Below, piece by piece: positions 10,165 to 21,732 of a stretch of DNA of 64,000 nucleotides. The notes under the pieces are model-generated. The model was not told where the DNA came from, ran no database searches, and saw nothing but the letters and a program-made list of their open reading frames with translations. The position numbers were made by a program, and so were the translations under genes. Each line of letters begins with the position of its first letter. The stretch's first letter is position 1. The DNA comes from an uncultured Alphaproteobacteria bacterium (GTDB lineage: Bacteria > Pseudomonadota > Alphaproteobacteria > Rhodobacterales > Rhodobacteraceae). The stretch spans positions 49,594 through 113,593 of the forward strand of contig CAWBJI010000007.1 of assembly GCA_963789105.1 (NCBI GenBank). The letters are read 5' to 3'.

Positions 10165-10977
10165 ATGGCGCCGGTCGACGCCTATGTCGAGACGCCGCCC
10201 GCCCCGGCCTATCGCAAGACCCGCCGCCTCGCCGACAGCGAGAGCGCGGGCGGTGGCATGGTGCGGCAGGCGGATGGCAGCGAGCGGCCGCATTACTGGG
10301 GTCACCGCGAACGGCTGCGCGGCCGGTTCCTGTCGGGCGGGCATCAGGCGATGCCGGAATACGAACTGTTGGAACTAATGCTCTTCAACGCGATCCCGCG
10401 GATCGACGTCAAACCGCTGGCCAAGCGCCTTCTCGCCGCCTTCGGCGACCTGAATGGGGTCGTGGCGGCAACGGAGCAGCAGGTCCTGCGGATCGATGGA
10501 GCGACGCCCAAGGTGTTCCTGCAACTGCGGATCGCGGAGGCGTTCGCGCACCGGATGGGACAGGCCAAGGTGCTGAACCGGCAGATCCTGTCGTCCTGGT
10601 CCGACGTCGTCTCCTATTGCCGGACAACCATGGCGCATCGCAAGACGGAGCAGTTCCGCATCCTGTTCCTCGACCGCAAGAACGTCGTCATCGCCGATGA
10701 GGAGCAGGCCGCGGGAACGGTGGACCACGTCCCGGTCTATCCGCGCGAGATCGCCCGGCGGGCGCTGGAACTGAGCGCGAGCGCGATGATCCTGGTCCAC
10801 AACCATCCATCGGGCGACCCCACCCCAAGCCACGAGGACATCGTGATGACGCAGCGGATCGTGACCGCCTGCCGGGCGCTGGATATCGTGATTCACGACC
10901 ACATGATCATCGGCAAGGACAGCGAGCTGTCGTTCCGGACCGAGGGCCTTATCGTGGACGAGCCGCCGCAGGCCTAG
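10165..10977 (+). CDS. radC: RadC-family JAB-domain protein
   Basis: C-terminal JAMM motif ILVHNHPSGDPTPSHEDI. The start is uncertain; in-frame candidates are at 9964, 10006, 10165 and 10258. Confidence 0.7.
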   Translation: MAPVDAYVETPPAPAYRKTRRLADSESAGGGMVRQADGSERPHYWGHRERLRGRFLSGGHQAMPEYELLELMLFNAIPRIDVKPLAKRLLAAFGDLNGVVAATEQQVLRIDGATPKVFLQLRIAEAFAHRMGQAKVLNRQILSSWSDVVSYCRTTMAHRKTEQFRILFLDRKNVVIADEEQAAGTVDHVPVYPREIARRALELSASAMILVHNHPSGDPTPSHEDIVMTQRIVTACRALDIVIHDHMIIGKDSELSFRTEGLIVDEPPQA

Positions 10978-11003
10978 GACGTCGGGCGCGCGCAAGGCGT
11001 CGG

Positions 11004-12262
11004 TCAGCGGATGAGGTAGTTCGTGAAGATCGGCTGCCAGCTCAGCAAGACGATGATGAGGGCGACGGCCAGAAGGAACGGCAGAAGCTCCCGGAAGATC
11101 GCGGTGGGCCGGGCGCCGGACATGGCGGCTGCGATATAGAGGCCCGCGCCGACCGGCGGTGTGAGCAGGCCCAGAACAAGGTTCAGGCACAGGACGACGC
11201 CAAGCTGGAATGGGTCGATCCCGTAGGTGATCGTCGCCATGGGCAGCAGAATCGGACCGATCAGGATCAGCGCCGACACCCCGTCGAGGATCATGCCGAC
11301 CAGAAGCAGGCCGAGATTGACGAGGAGCAGAAAGACGAACGGGTCCGAGGTTATCGTCGTCAGCACGGCGGTAAGCGCCTGGGGGATCTGTTCGTAGACG
11401 ATCACGAGGCCGAAGACGTTCGCGGCGGCCACGAGGAAGATGACAAGGCTCGCATTCATCGCAGTTCGGATCAGGACGGTGCCGAGCTGTCCGATCCGTA
11501 GGTCGCGGTAGAGGAGCCAGCCGATCAGGAACGCGATCAACGAGGCGACGGCGGCGGATTCGGTCGGCGTCGCGATGCCCAGCAGGATGCCACCCACGAT
11601 CGCGACGGGGATCAGGGCCGCAGGCACGGCGTCCCGCGCGGCGTGCAGCGATTGGCGGGCGGTCATCCACTCGCCTTTGGGAAAGGTGCGGACCAGACCG
11701 ATCAGCGTCACGATCAGCACGAAGGCCGCCGTCAGCATCAGGCCCGGGATGATCCCGGCCAGGAACATGTCGCCTATGGGCACCTGCGCCAGCACGCCGT
11801 AGATGACGAACAGCATCGAGGGCGGGATGATCGGGGAGAGCAGGCCGCCCGCGGCGGTCGTGGCGGCGGCGAAGTCGCGGCTGTACCCCTCTTCCTCCAT
11901 CGCGGGGACCATGGCCCGGGTCATGATGGCGATCTGGCTGGCGGCCGACCCGATGATTGCGGCCATGAACATGTTCGCCAGCAGGTTGATATAAGCCATC
12001 CCCCCGCGGAAGCCGCCGACGAAGATGCGCGCGGCCTGGATCAGGCGACGGGTGAGGCCGCCCTCGTTCATCAGCTCGCCGGTGAGCATGAAGAGGGGGA
12101 TCGCCAGGAGGCCATAGCTCTCGACGCCGGAAAAGAGTTGCTGCGCGAAACTGTCGAAGAGAAGGCCGTTGCCGCTGTACCAGATATAGAAGGCCGCCGT
12201 CATCGCCAGCACGATGCCGATGGGCACCGAGGCGAGCAGCAAGAGCGCGAAGACGGTGCCGG

Positions 12263-12266
<4 letters not shown>
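11004..12266 (-). CDS. dctM: TRAP transporter large permease
   Basis: 421 aa polytopic membrane protein, ATG 12266. The upstream part of ORF 11004..12551 is non-coding shadow. Confidence 0.9.
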
Positions 12267-13851
<1,585 letters not shown>

Positions 13852-13983
13852 CTATTCGTCGCGAAACCGCCGACGAAAGGATCACGCTCGCTGCGTCGCA
13901 TATCGAAACCGTCAATCGACGATATGGTTTTCTCCAGTCGATCGTATCTTGCCGGAGGGTGATTCCGTCGAGATGCTGCCAGT

Positions 13984-14940
13984 ATGGCGCAGTCGCACTT
14001 CACCGAACAGCAGGTCGTGAACCGGCTGAAGCTACGCTATCTGCGGTTCCTGCTCTGTATCGACGAGGAGCGGAGCATTTCCTCGGCGGCAGCCCAGGTG
14101 GACATCTCGCAACCGGCGGCGACGAAGCTCCTGCGGGAGATCGAGCAGATCGTGGGCGCGCGCCTGTTCGAGCGGTCGCGCTACCGGGTGGAGCCGACGC
14201 CTGCGGGCGAACTGGTCCTGCGGGCGTCGCGGCGGGTCCTGTCGGAGGTCCGGCGCCTGACGGAGGAGCTGAACGCGCTGTCCGGCGGCCAGAGCGGACG
14301 GGTCGCGGTCGGCTCGCTCATCTCGGCCTCCGCCACGCTGGTGCCGGTGGCCGTGGCACGGCTGGCCCGGGATTTCCCGGAGATCATGGTGCATATCGCC
14401 GAGACGACGGAGGATATTCTCCTGCCGAGCCTGAAGGTCGGGGACCTGGACATGGTGCTGGGCCGCCTGCCGCGGCATCTCGACCCGGACCTCGCGATGC
14501 GCGTCCTCTACGAGGAGCGGTTCTGCATCGTGGCCCGGCCCGGACATCCCGTCCATGCACCGGGCGCCGACCTGCGCCACGAGATCTCGACCGCGTCATG
14601 GATCCTCCCCCCGAGCCAGACGATGACACGGCAGGAAACGGAGCAGACACTTGCCGCCCAGGGATACGGGACCCCGCGGGTGGTCGCCGAGAGCGCCGCC
14701 GTCCACATAAACCTGCGGGCGTTGCAGGCCGGTGACCTGCTAAGTGCGATGCCGATGAACTTCGCCCGCTCCTATGCCGCGGAGGGGATCGTGCGCATCG
14801 TGGCGGCGGGTCCGGAGTTTCCGTCCAATGGGATCGGGGTCATCACCCGCGCGGGAACGACGCCCACCCCGGCGGCGGCGCGGTTGCTCGCGACGCTGGA
14901 TCAGGTGGCCTGGACCCTGCATCAGGGAGAGGGGGCCTGA
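13984..14940 (+). CDS. LysR family transcriptional regulator
   Basis: N-terminal HTH LRFLLCIDEERSISSAAAQVDISQPAATKLLREIE and a LysR substrate-binding domain. Confidence 0.9.
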   Translation: MAQSHFTEQQVVNRLKLRYLRFLLCIDEERSISSAAAQVDISQPAATKLLREIEQIVGARLFERSRYRVEPTPAGELVLRASRRVLSEVRRLTEELNALSGGQSGRVAVGSLISASATLVPVAVARLARDFPEIMVHIAETTEDILLPSLKVGDLDMVLGRLPRHLDPDLAMRVLYEERFCIVARPGHPVHAPGADLRHEISTASWILPPSQTMTRQETEQTLAAQGYGTPRVVAESAAVHINLRALQAGDLLSAMPMNFARSYAAEGIVRIVAAGPEFPSNGIGVITRAGTTPTPAAARLLATLDQVAWTLHQGEGA

Positions 14941-15072
14941 CCGGACGGGCCGCATAACCGGCGCGGCAAGTCAGGGGCCCATCGTTCGCCTGTTCCGCAA
15001 CGGTCGAACGCCGCATTCTCGATCCGTTCCATTCGTCGCTGCCCCCCGGGGCCGCCCCAGGGAGGATGACCG

Positions 15073-16545
15073 ATGCTGAAGACCGGGGAAGACCACCTCA
15101 AGGGCCTGCGTGACGGGCGCGTCGTCTATGTCGGCCGCGAACGCGTCGACGACGTGACCACGCACCCCGCCTTTCGCAACGCGGCCCGGACCATCGCCGA
15201 TTTCTATGATTACAAGGCCGACCCCGCCAATCGCGAGGCCATGGCCTATACCGACGAGGACGGCGAGACGGTTTCCATGTATTACCGCCGGGCCCGGACC
15301 CGGGACGATCTTCAGGCGCGGACCACGGCCCATCGCCTTCTGGCGGAACAGAGCTACGGCTTTCTCGGGCGCTCGCCGGATTATATCGCGAGCTTCGTGA
15401 CCGGGATGACGCTGCGGCCCGACTATTTCGAGGATCGCAGCGACAACCTGCTGAACTTCTACGATCACATGCGCCGCAACGACACCTATGCGGCCCATGC
15501 CATCGTTTCGCCGCAGGCCGTGCGCGATCCGAAGTACTACCAGCAGAGCAAGACCGAGAGCCCCTGCTGCCGTGTCGTGCGGGAGGAGGAGGACGGCGTC
15601 GTCGTCTCGGGCATGAAGATGCTGGCGACCGGCGGGATCCTGGCGGACGAGATCTGGGTCGGGAACATCCTGCCGCTGGCGCCGGACGCACTGGCGGAAT
15701 CGATCACCTTCTCGATGCCGGTCGCCACGCCGGGCCTGTCGCTCTGGTCGCGCAAGCCGATAGAGCCCACGGCCCGGTCCGAATTCGATGCGCCGTTCTC
15801 GTGGAAATACGACGAGACCGACGCGATGGTCATGTTCGACGAGGTCAAGATCCCGTGGGAGCGGGTCATCGTCCACAACGACGCGATCCGGTCGCGGGGC
15901 CTCTATATCGAGACGGCGGCCCATTCCTACGGCAACCATCATTCCAACGTGCGCTTCATGGTGAAGCTGCAGCTTCTGGTCGGCCTCGCAAGCCGGGTCG
16001 CGCAGGCCAACGGCGCCGACAAGATCCCCGCCGTGGCCGAGACGCTGGGCCGCCTGGCCGCGATGGAGGGCATGATTTCCGGGGTCGTCGCGGGGCAGAT
16101 CCACGCGGCGGAAGAATTCCCGACGCCCGGATACCTGACCTATAACCGGCGCATGATGTATGCGGGGCTGAACTGGGGCGTGGAGAATTACTCGCCCATC
16201 ATCGATACCCTGCGCGAGCTGTGCGGCGGGGGCGTGTTGCAGATGCCCGCCGACATCTCCCTGATGGAGGACCCGGTCCTGCGACACCAGTTCGAGACGT
16301 TCTGGGCGACGCCGAACAACAATGCGGTGGACCGGATGAAGATCTTCAAGCTGGCTTGGGATCTGGTCGGGTCGGAGTTCGCGGGACGGCACCAGCAATA
16401 CGAGAAGTTCTTCCCCGGCGCGTCGTTCATCGTCCGCAACCACAATCATCGCGAGGCGCCGTGGGAGGCGTGGCACGGGATGGTGGACAGCATTCTGGAC
16501 CGGATGGAGGTGCCGGGCGGATCGACCCTGAAGGCGGCGGAGTAG
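15073..16545 (+). CDS. HpaB-family two-component flavin-dependent aromatic monooxygenase, oxygenase component
   Basis: 490 aa. RBS GGAGGA 6 nt upstream. The N-terminus MLKTGEDHLKGLRDGRVVYVGRERVDDVTTHPAF is typical of 4-hydroxyphenylacetate 3-hydroxylase family proteins. Confidence 0.85.
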   Translation: MLKTGEDHLKGLRDGRVVYVGRERVDDVTTHPAFRNAARTIADFYDYKADPANREAMAYTDEDGETVSMYYRRARTRDDLQARTTAHRLLAEQSYGFLGRSPDYIASFVTGMTLRPDYFEDRSDNLLNFYDHMRRNDTYAAHAIVSPQAVRDPKYYQQSKTESPCCRVVREEEDGVVVSGMKMLATGGILADEIWVGNILPLAPDALAESITFSMPVATPGLSLWSRKPIEPTARSEFDAPFSWKYDETDAMVMFDEVKIPWERVIVHNDAIRSRGLYIETAAHSYGNHHSNVRFMVKLQLLVGLASRVAQANGADKIPAVAETLGRLAAMEGMISGVVAGQIHAAEEFPTPGYLTYNRRMMYAGLNWGVENYSPIIDTLRELCGGGVLQMPADISLMEDPVLRHQFETFWATPNNNAVDRMKIFKLAWDLVGSEFAGRHQQYEKFFPGASFIVRNHNHREAPWEAWHGMVDSILDRMEVPGGSTLKAAE

Positions 16546-16634
16546 TGGACTGCCCGGCGTTTCCGGGCGACCGGCCCGGATACGATTGTGGTGCCCGAAT
16601 ACGGTGACCCTCGGCTGTACCGGCGCGGGCGACG

Positions 16635-17429
16635 TCAGATCGACAGGGACGCCGCCCGGTTCTCGATGAGCCGCACGAGACTCAGCGCCGTCAGTTCCGA
16701 CGATTTCGGATTCCCCGCCGTCGGCGCGTTTTCCAGCACGATGCGGAACGATCCGGCGGCCCCGCGCAGCGCGATCTCATGGCAATTGCGCGTCGCCTCC
16801 GGATCGACGATCAGCCGCGTGCGGGTCCGGTCCAGGCCGATCCCGGCCAGCGCCGTGGTGGCCGCCGCGTTGGCGTTCTGGGGATAGCGGGCGGCGGCGT
16901 CGCGGGCGCTCCCTTCGAAGATCACGATCTCCTCGGTGACGGCGTCGAGATCGGTGACGTCGCTCGCCGCCGTGCCACGCCAGGCCTGCGGTGGTTTGCG
17001 GATAACGTGGAGCACATCCTCCACCGGGAGGATCGCGGCGGCCCCAACGGCATCCATCGCGCCGACCGCCCCCGGGGTCAGTACGATCTGTCCCCCGCGT
17101 GCATCCGCGAGGGCTTCGAGCCGAATGCGGAAGGCGTCGTCGCAAAAGGCGCTGGTGGACGCGCAGATCAGTGTCCGGCAGCAATCGAGCGCCGCCTCCG
17201 CCCAGGTTTCGATCGCCGCCCGACCCGCCGCCTCCACCACCAGATCCGGGGCGAATCGGGCGAGGTTGGCGGAATCGAAGATTGCCTCGGCACCGTGGGG
17301 CAGGGCCCTGTCCGTGGCCTTCTTACGGTGGAGGGCGACGGCGACGATCCGGATGTCCGGTCGCCGCTCCGCGAGCAAGGCGGCGACGCGGGAATTTATG
17401 GCGCCGAACCCGATCAGGACGAGGTTCAC
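16635..17429 (-). CDS. nadX: aspartate dehydrogenase
   Basis: 264 aa from GTG 17429 (GTGA overlap with the upstream gene). VNLVLIGFGAINSRVAALL Rossmann start and the conserved C-terminal block NAPTAGNPKSSELTALS. Confidence 0.8.
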   Translation of the reverse strand: MNLVLIGFGAINSRVAALLAERRPDIRIVAVALHRKKATDRALPHGAEAIFDSANLARFAPDLVVEAAGRAAIETWAEAALDCCRTLICASTSAFCDDAFRIRLEALADARGGQIVLTPGAVGAMDAVGAAAILPVEDVLHVIRKPPQAWRGTAASDVTDLDAVTEEIVIFEGSARDAAARYPQNANAAATTALAGIGLDRTRTRLIVDPEATRNCHEIALRGAAGSFRIVLENAPTAGNPKSSELTALSLVRLIENRAASLSI

Positions 17430-18421
17430 GTGGCCGCTTCCGTAGTTCGGGACGAGGTCGCCCTCGTGCCAGCCAGACCGGACGCCTCGAACGCCGACCG
17501 GATCGTCGTCCGCTCCGCGTCCGTCAGGTTCAGAAGCGGCGCGCGCACCTTGCCGCCCGACTGCCCGAGGAGGTCTTGCCAGTATTTCGCATGGGCCTGC
17601 GGCTTGCCGCCGGGGCGGCTGTCCGTGAAAGCGCGGCGGACGGGCTCGAGGCTCGCAGAGACCTTGCGCGCGGCACCGTGGTCGCCGGCGAAGGCGAGAT
17701 CGGTATAGTCGCGCATCCGCAGGTCGCCGGCCGTCTGGAACAGGAAGGGCGGGTTCGAGCAGAGGTAGCAGCGCCAGTCCAGCTCCACGATGTTGTCGAG
17801 CCATTCCGCTTCGGCCGAGGTCGAGACGATCAGCCGGTCCCCCGCCATCCGGGTCAGCCGGACATACATCTCCCGCGGGACCGAGTATTTGATTGCGACG
17901 ATGTTCGGCAGTTCTGCGATTCGTGCGCAGGTTTCGGGCTCCATCAGGTAGCCGCAATCGGGATGGCTCCACATGGCGATGCCGATATTCACCCGCTCCG
18001 AGATGTGGCGGTAATATTCATACAGCACTTCGTCCCTGTCACTCATGAACGACAGGACGGGGGAGTGGACGACGACGTAATCGGCGCCGATCGCCTCCGC
18101 GTGGCGGGCCAGTCCGATCACCGTTTCCATATTCTGGTCGGAGCAGGAGAGAATGGTCCCCGCGCGGCCGCCGCATTCGTCGACCGCCATCTCGAACGCG
18201 GCCTTCCGCTCCGCCAGAGACATGGCGAAGAACTCGCCCTGTTTGCCGTTGATGAAGAAGCCGTCGATCTTCAGGTCGTCGATGTAGTGGCGCAGGTTCC
18301 GGCGCATCCCGGTCTCGTCCAGCGCCAGCGTCTCCGGATCGAACGGCTGCTGACAGGCGGCCCAGATGCCGCGCAGGTGTTCGCGGGCATGGTCCTTGGC
18401 GTCATTGCGGGCGTATTTCAT
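17426..18421 (-). CDS. dihydrodipicolinate synthase (DapA) family class I aldolase/lyase
   Basis: 331 aa. DGFFINGKQGEFFAMSLAERK and IVAIKYS (Schiff-base Lys region). Confidence 0.75.
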   Translation of the reverse strand: MKYARNDAKDHAREHLRGIWAACQQPFDPETLALDETGMRRNLRHYIDDLKIDGFFINGKQGEFFAMSLAERKAAFEMAVDECGGRAGTILSCSDQNMETVIGLARHAEAIGADYVVVHSPVLSFMSDRDEVLYEYYRHISERVNIGIAMWSHPDCGYLMEPETCARIAELPNIVAIKYSVPREMYVRLTRMAGDRLIVSTSAEAEWLDNIVELDWRCYLCSNPPFLFQTAGDLRMRDYTDLAFAGDHGAARKVSASLEPVRRAFTDSRPGGKPQAHAKYWQDLLGQSGGKVRAPLLNLTDAERTTIRSAFEASGLAGTRATSSRTTEAAT

Positions 18422-20633
18422 GCGGTAGGTCCTTCCTGGCTGTGTCGAGGGCCGCCCAGATGCGGGCGGCCGTCATCGGCATGTCGAGATGCGTCACCCC
18501 GTGGGGCGCGAGGGCGTCGAGGATTGCGTTGGCGATGGCGGCGGGAACCCCGATGCAACCGGCCTCGCCCACGCCCTTGGCGCCCAGCGGATTGGCGTGG
18601 CTGGGCACGGCGATCTTGCCGAGGCGGACCGGCGGCATGTCCGACGCGCGGGGTACGGCGTAATCCATCAGCGACCCGGTCAGGAGTTGGCCGTCCGCAT
18701 ACACGATCCGCTCCAGCAGCGCCTCGCCCAGCCCCTGCGCCAGTCCGCCGAGCAACTGATCCTCCACCAGATCGGGGTTGAGGACGGTTCCGGCATCGTC
18801 GATCCAGTGGATCGGCCCGAGCGTCGGCTGTCCTGTCTCGGCATCGATCTGGACACTGGCGAGGACGGCGCCCGAGGCCCAGGCCTCATTCTCGGCGACA
18901 TGGCGGGCCTCGACCCGCAGCGGGGTCTCCGCATGCGCGGCGATCTGGGCCCAGGTGATCGCGACGGCCTCATCGGAAGCACGGGAGAGGCCACCGGGTC
19001 CGGGGACGAGGCGTGCGCCCAGGTCCTGCAACAGGTCCGCCGCGATGGGCATCGCCTTCGCCAGCAGCGCGTCGCATGCGTTGCGCAGCGCACTGCCCCC
19101 GATGGCGGTCGAGCGGCTGGCCAGCGCGCCGATGCCGTCGCCGATGGCCTGTGTGTCGCCGGATTTGGTCGTGACGTTCGACGGATCGACGCCAAGCCTG
19201 TTCGCGACGTGGCGGGCGGTCGCGCTGTCGCGGCCCTGTCCCTGATTTGTCGATCCGGTCACGGCATGGATCGTCCCGTCGGGGCGCAGATCAAGGGCCG
19301 CCGTCTCGAACCCCGCGCCGCAGGGCTCCACGTAAAGGGCAAGGCCGATTCCGGCGAGTCCGCCTTCGGCGCGGATGGCATCGCGCCGCTTCAGGAGATC
19401 GACACGCTGGGATCCCTCGCAGAGGCGGCGGAGGAGTTCGGGCAGGTCGCTCGCATCGAGGATTTCGCCGCTCGGCAGCGGGCCGGGAAGGGCTTCGGGA
19501 CGGACGATGTTCCGGCGCCGAATCTCTGCCGGGTCGATGCCGGTGGTCCGCGCCGCCGCATCCGCGAGCCGCTCCATCAGCATGGCCGCTTCGGGCCTCC
19601 CCGCGCCGCGATAGATGTTCAGGGGAGCGTCGGGGGTCGGGGTGCCCGCCATGTCCACCGCAACGGCGCGAATGGCGTAGGGGCCAGGCAGGATGCGCGC
19701 CGCGTTGCGCGCGGGAACCGAGGCGGAATAGGGCATCCAGCCGCCGAGGGGGAAGCTGACACGCGCATCTAAGCCGAGGAAGGTGCCGTCCGCAGCCACC
19801 GCGAGTCGCCCGGCGAGCGTGCCGCCGCGCCCCTGGGTCGCCGAGACGAAGTCTTCGCTGCGGCTGGCGCACCACTGGACGGGACGTCCAAGTCTGAGGG
19901 CCGCCGCGCAGACGACCGCGTCTTCGGGGTAGAGGGACGCCTTGCCGCCAAACGCCCCGCCTATATCGGGCGCGATTACCCGGACCATGGCCCGGTCCAG
20001 CCCCAGGATGCCGGCGAGATCGTCGGCGGCACGATGAGGTGTTTGGGTCGAAAGCCAGATCGTCAGGCCGCCGGTTGCCGGATCGGGGACCGCCCGGGCG
20101 ACCCGCGGCTCCAGTGCGAAGGGAGCCAGCCGGGAATGCTCGATCCGCGCCTCGACGATGTGGGCGGCGGTGGCAAAGGCGGTGTCGGAATCGCCCGCGG
20201 ACCAGCGATGGGCGAAGGCGGGATCGGGCGCTTCGGGATCGACCTCCTTGAGGTCGAGGTGGATTTCCTCGGCGGCGTCGCGCGCGCCATGGCGGGAGGC
20301 GGCGACTACGGCCGCGATGGCCTGTCCGGGGAAATCGACGCGCTTCTGGGCCAGCGGGGGCGCGGGATGGGGGATCAGCCCGTCCACCAAAGGGTTCACC
20401 GCTGCCCGCCCAAGTCCGGCCAGATCGGCACCGGTCAGGATCAGGTCAACGGGAGATGTCACATCCGTGGTGTCGATCCCGGTTATGAGCGCGGGGGCCA
20501 TGTCCGCCCGCAGAAACTGCAGGAAGGAGGTTCGATCGCAGGCGAGGTCGTCCACGTAGCGTCCGGCGCCACGCAGGAGCCGCGCATCCTCCCGGCGGGG
20601 GGGCTTCGGATCGGGGGAGGGAGCCGGTCGCAT
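18402..20633 (-). CDS. xanthine dehydrogenase family molybdopterin-binding subunit
   Basis: 743 aa. N-terminus RREDARLLRGAGRYVDDL and aldehyde oxidase/xanthine dehydrogenase a/b hammerhead and Mo-binding domains. Confidence 0.85.
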   Translation of the reverse strand: MRPAPSPDPKPPRREDARLLRGAGRYVDDLACDRTSFLQFLRADMAPALITGIDTTDVTSPVDLILTGADLAGLGRAAVNPLVDGLIPHPAPPLAQKRVDFPGQAIAAVVAASRHGARDAAEEIHLDLKEVDPEAPDPAFAHRWSAGDSDTAFATAAHIVEARIEHSRLAPFALEPRVARAVPDPATGGLTIWLSTQTPHRAADDLAGILGLDRAMVRVIAPDIGGAFGGKASLYPEDAVVCAAALRLGRPVQWCASRSEDFVSATQGRGGTLAGRLAVAADGTFLGLDARVSFPLGGWMPYSASVPARNAARILPGPYAIRAVAVDMAGTPTPDAPLNIYRGAGRPEAAMLMERLADAAARTTGIDPAEIRRRNIVRPEALPGPLPSGEILDASDLPELLRRLCEGSQRVDLLKRRDAIRAEGGLAGIGLALYVEPCGAGFETAALDLRPDGTIHAVTGSTNQGQGRDSATARHVANRLGVDPSNVTTKSGDTQAIGDGIGALASRSTAIGGSALRNACDALLAKAMPIAADLLQDLGARLVPGPGGLSRASDEAVAITWAQIAAHAETPLRVEARHVAENEAWASGAVLASVQIDAETGQPTLGPIHWIDDAGTVLNPDLVEDQLLGGLAQGLGEALLERIVYADGQLLTGSLMDYAVPRASDMPPVRLGKIAVPSHANPLGAKGVGEAGCIGVPAAIANAILDALAPHGVTHLDMPMTAARIWAALDTARKDLPHEIRPQ

Positions 20634-21098
20634 GCCGGTAGTCTAGCCTGCGCGCATTTATCCGCCAGTGACCCTTCTTTTCTTTGTCGACGGGGAAAGG
20701 CGCGGAATATCACGCTCTCCATATCCGGAGTTTCCAGGCAGTCGTGGATCGCGCAGCTCGTTGTTACTTCACACGATTATGATGCCGGAATTCGGGAGAT
20801 GGCGTCCGGACATGCGGGAGTCGCGGCGGGATGTCCCTGATGTCGCAACGGATCTGCTGGGACTTACCCGAAGGCTGTTCCGGAGGATGCCGCGTGATCG
20901 GCAGTCGTATCTGGTTCCGAAACGATGGCGGCACAGTAAGAGCTGGAATGTGCTGCTGCTTCGGTCGTGGATCGGCCCGTTCGCATGATCAGCCAGGCAA
21001 TCGAGGCTGCGTTTCTGCCACTTCTATGGCAGGCTAGGGGATGCCAGACTTCCCTTTGGGAGCGAGGTCGTTCGCCTTCCCGCGCAGAGGATCCACCG

Positions 21099-21719
21099 AT
21101 GGCCCGTTTGAGCTATGCCGATTTCGACAGTTTGACCGCCGAATTCGCCGGGCCATTGAAGGTCATCGAGGCATCGAACGGCTATATCCCGAACAGCTAT
21201 CGCATCCTGGCCCACAGGCCCGCGATCCTGCGGGCGTTCATGGACCTTTCGAAGGCGGTGATCCGGGACGAGGGCGAGTTGGATCGCGGGTTCCGTTTCC
21301 TCGTCGCGTACATCTCCTCGTCCGCCGCGGGATGCCAGTTCTGTCAGGTTCACAATATCCAGAGTGCGGCCAAGTGGGGCGTGACGGACGAGCGGCTTAA
21401 CGCGGTCTGGGAGTACGAGACCAGCGATCTGTTTACCGAAGGGGAAAAGGCCGCCTTCGACCTCGCCCGTGCCGCCTCCGTGACGCCGAACGCCGTGGAC
21501 GACGCTACGTTCGAACGGCTGAGGGGGTACTGGTCCGAGCCGCAGATCGTGGAGATGCTGTCGGTCGTATCGCTGTTCGGGTGGCTCAATCGGTTCAACG
21601 ACACGCTCAACACCGCGCTGGAGGACGGCACTATGGGATGGGCGACCGATTTCGATCTGGCCACGAAGACCGGCTGGAATCCCGAGAACCACATGCCCGA
21701 CCCGGCACTCCAATCCTGA
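21099..21719 (+). CDS. carboxymuconolactone decarboxylase / AhpD-like family protein
   Basis: ATG 21099. AhpD-like CxxC region (AAGCQFCQVHN). Confidence 0.7.
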   Translation: MARLSYADFDSLTAEFAGPLKVIEASNGYIPNSYRILAHRPAILRAFMDLSKAVIRDEGELDRGFRFLVAYISSSAAGCQFCQVHNIQSAAKWGVTDERLNAVWEYETSDLFTEGEKAAFDLARAASVTPNAVDDATFERLRGYWSEPQIVEMLSVVSLFGWLNRFNDTLNTALEDGTMGWATDFDLATKTGWNPENHMPDPALQS

Positions 21720-21732
21720 AGGGAGAGACGAC

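Noticed and set aside
16552-16568. Hairpin GCCCGG-cgttt-CCGGGC between the convergent hpaB-like and nadX genes, considered as a terminator
   Set aside because: It has only a 6-bp stem and no U-tract on either strand, which is too weak to call.
20634-21098. Possible gene or RNA in the 465-bp lower-GC gap (ORF 20668..20988)
   Set aside because: The ORF product has no coding bias or motifs, and no structured-RNA signature was recognised. It is left as a promoter or intergenic region.
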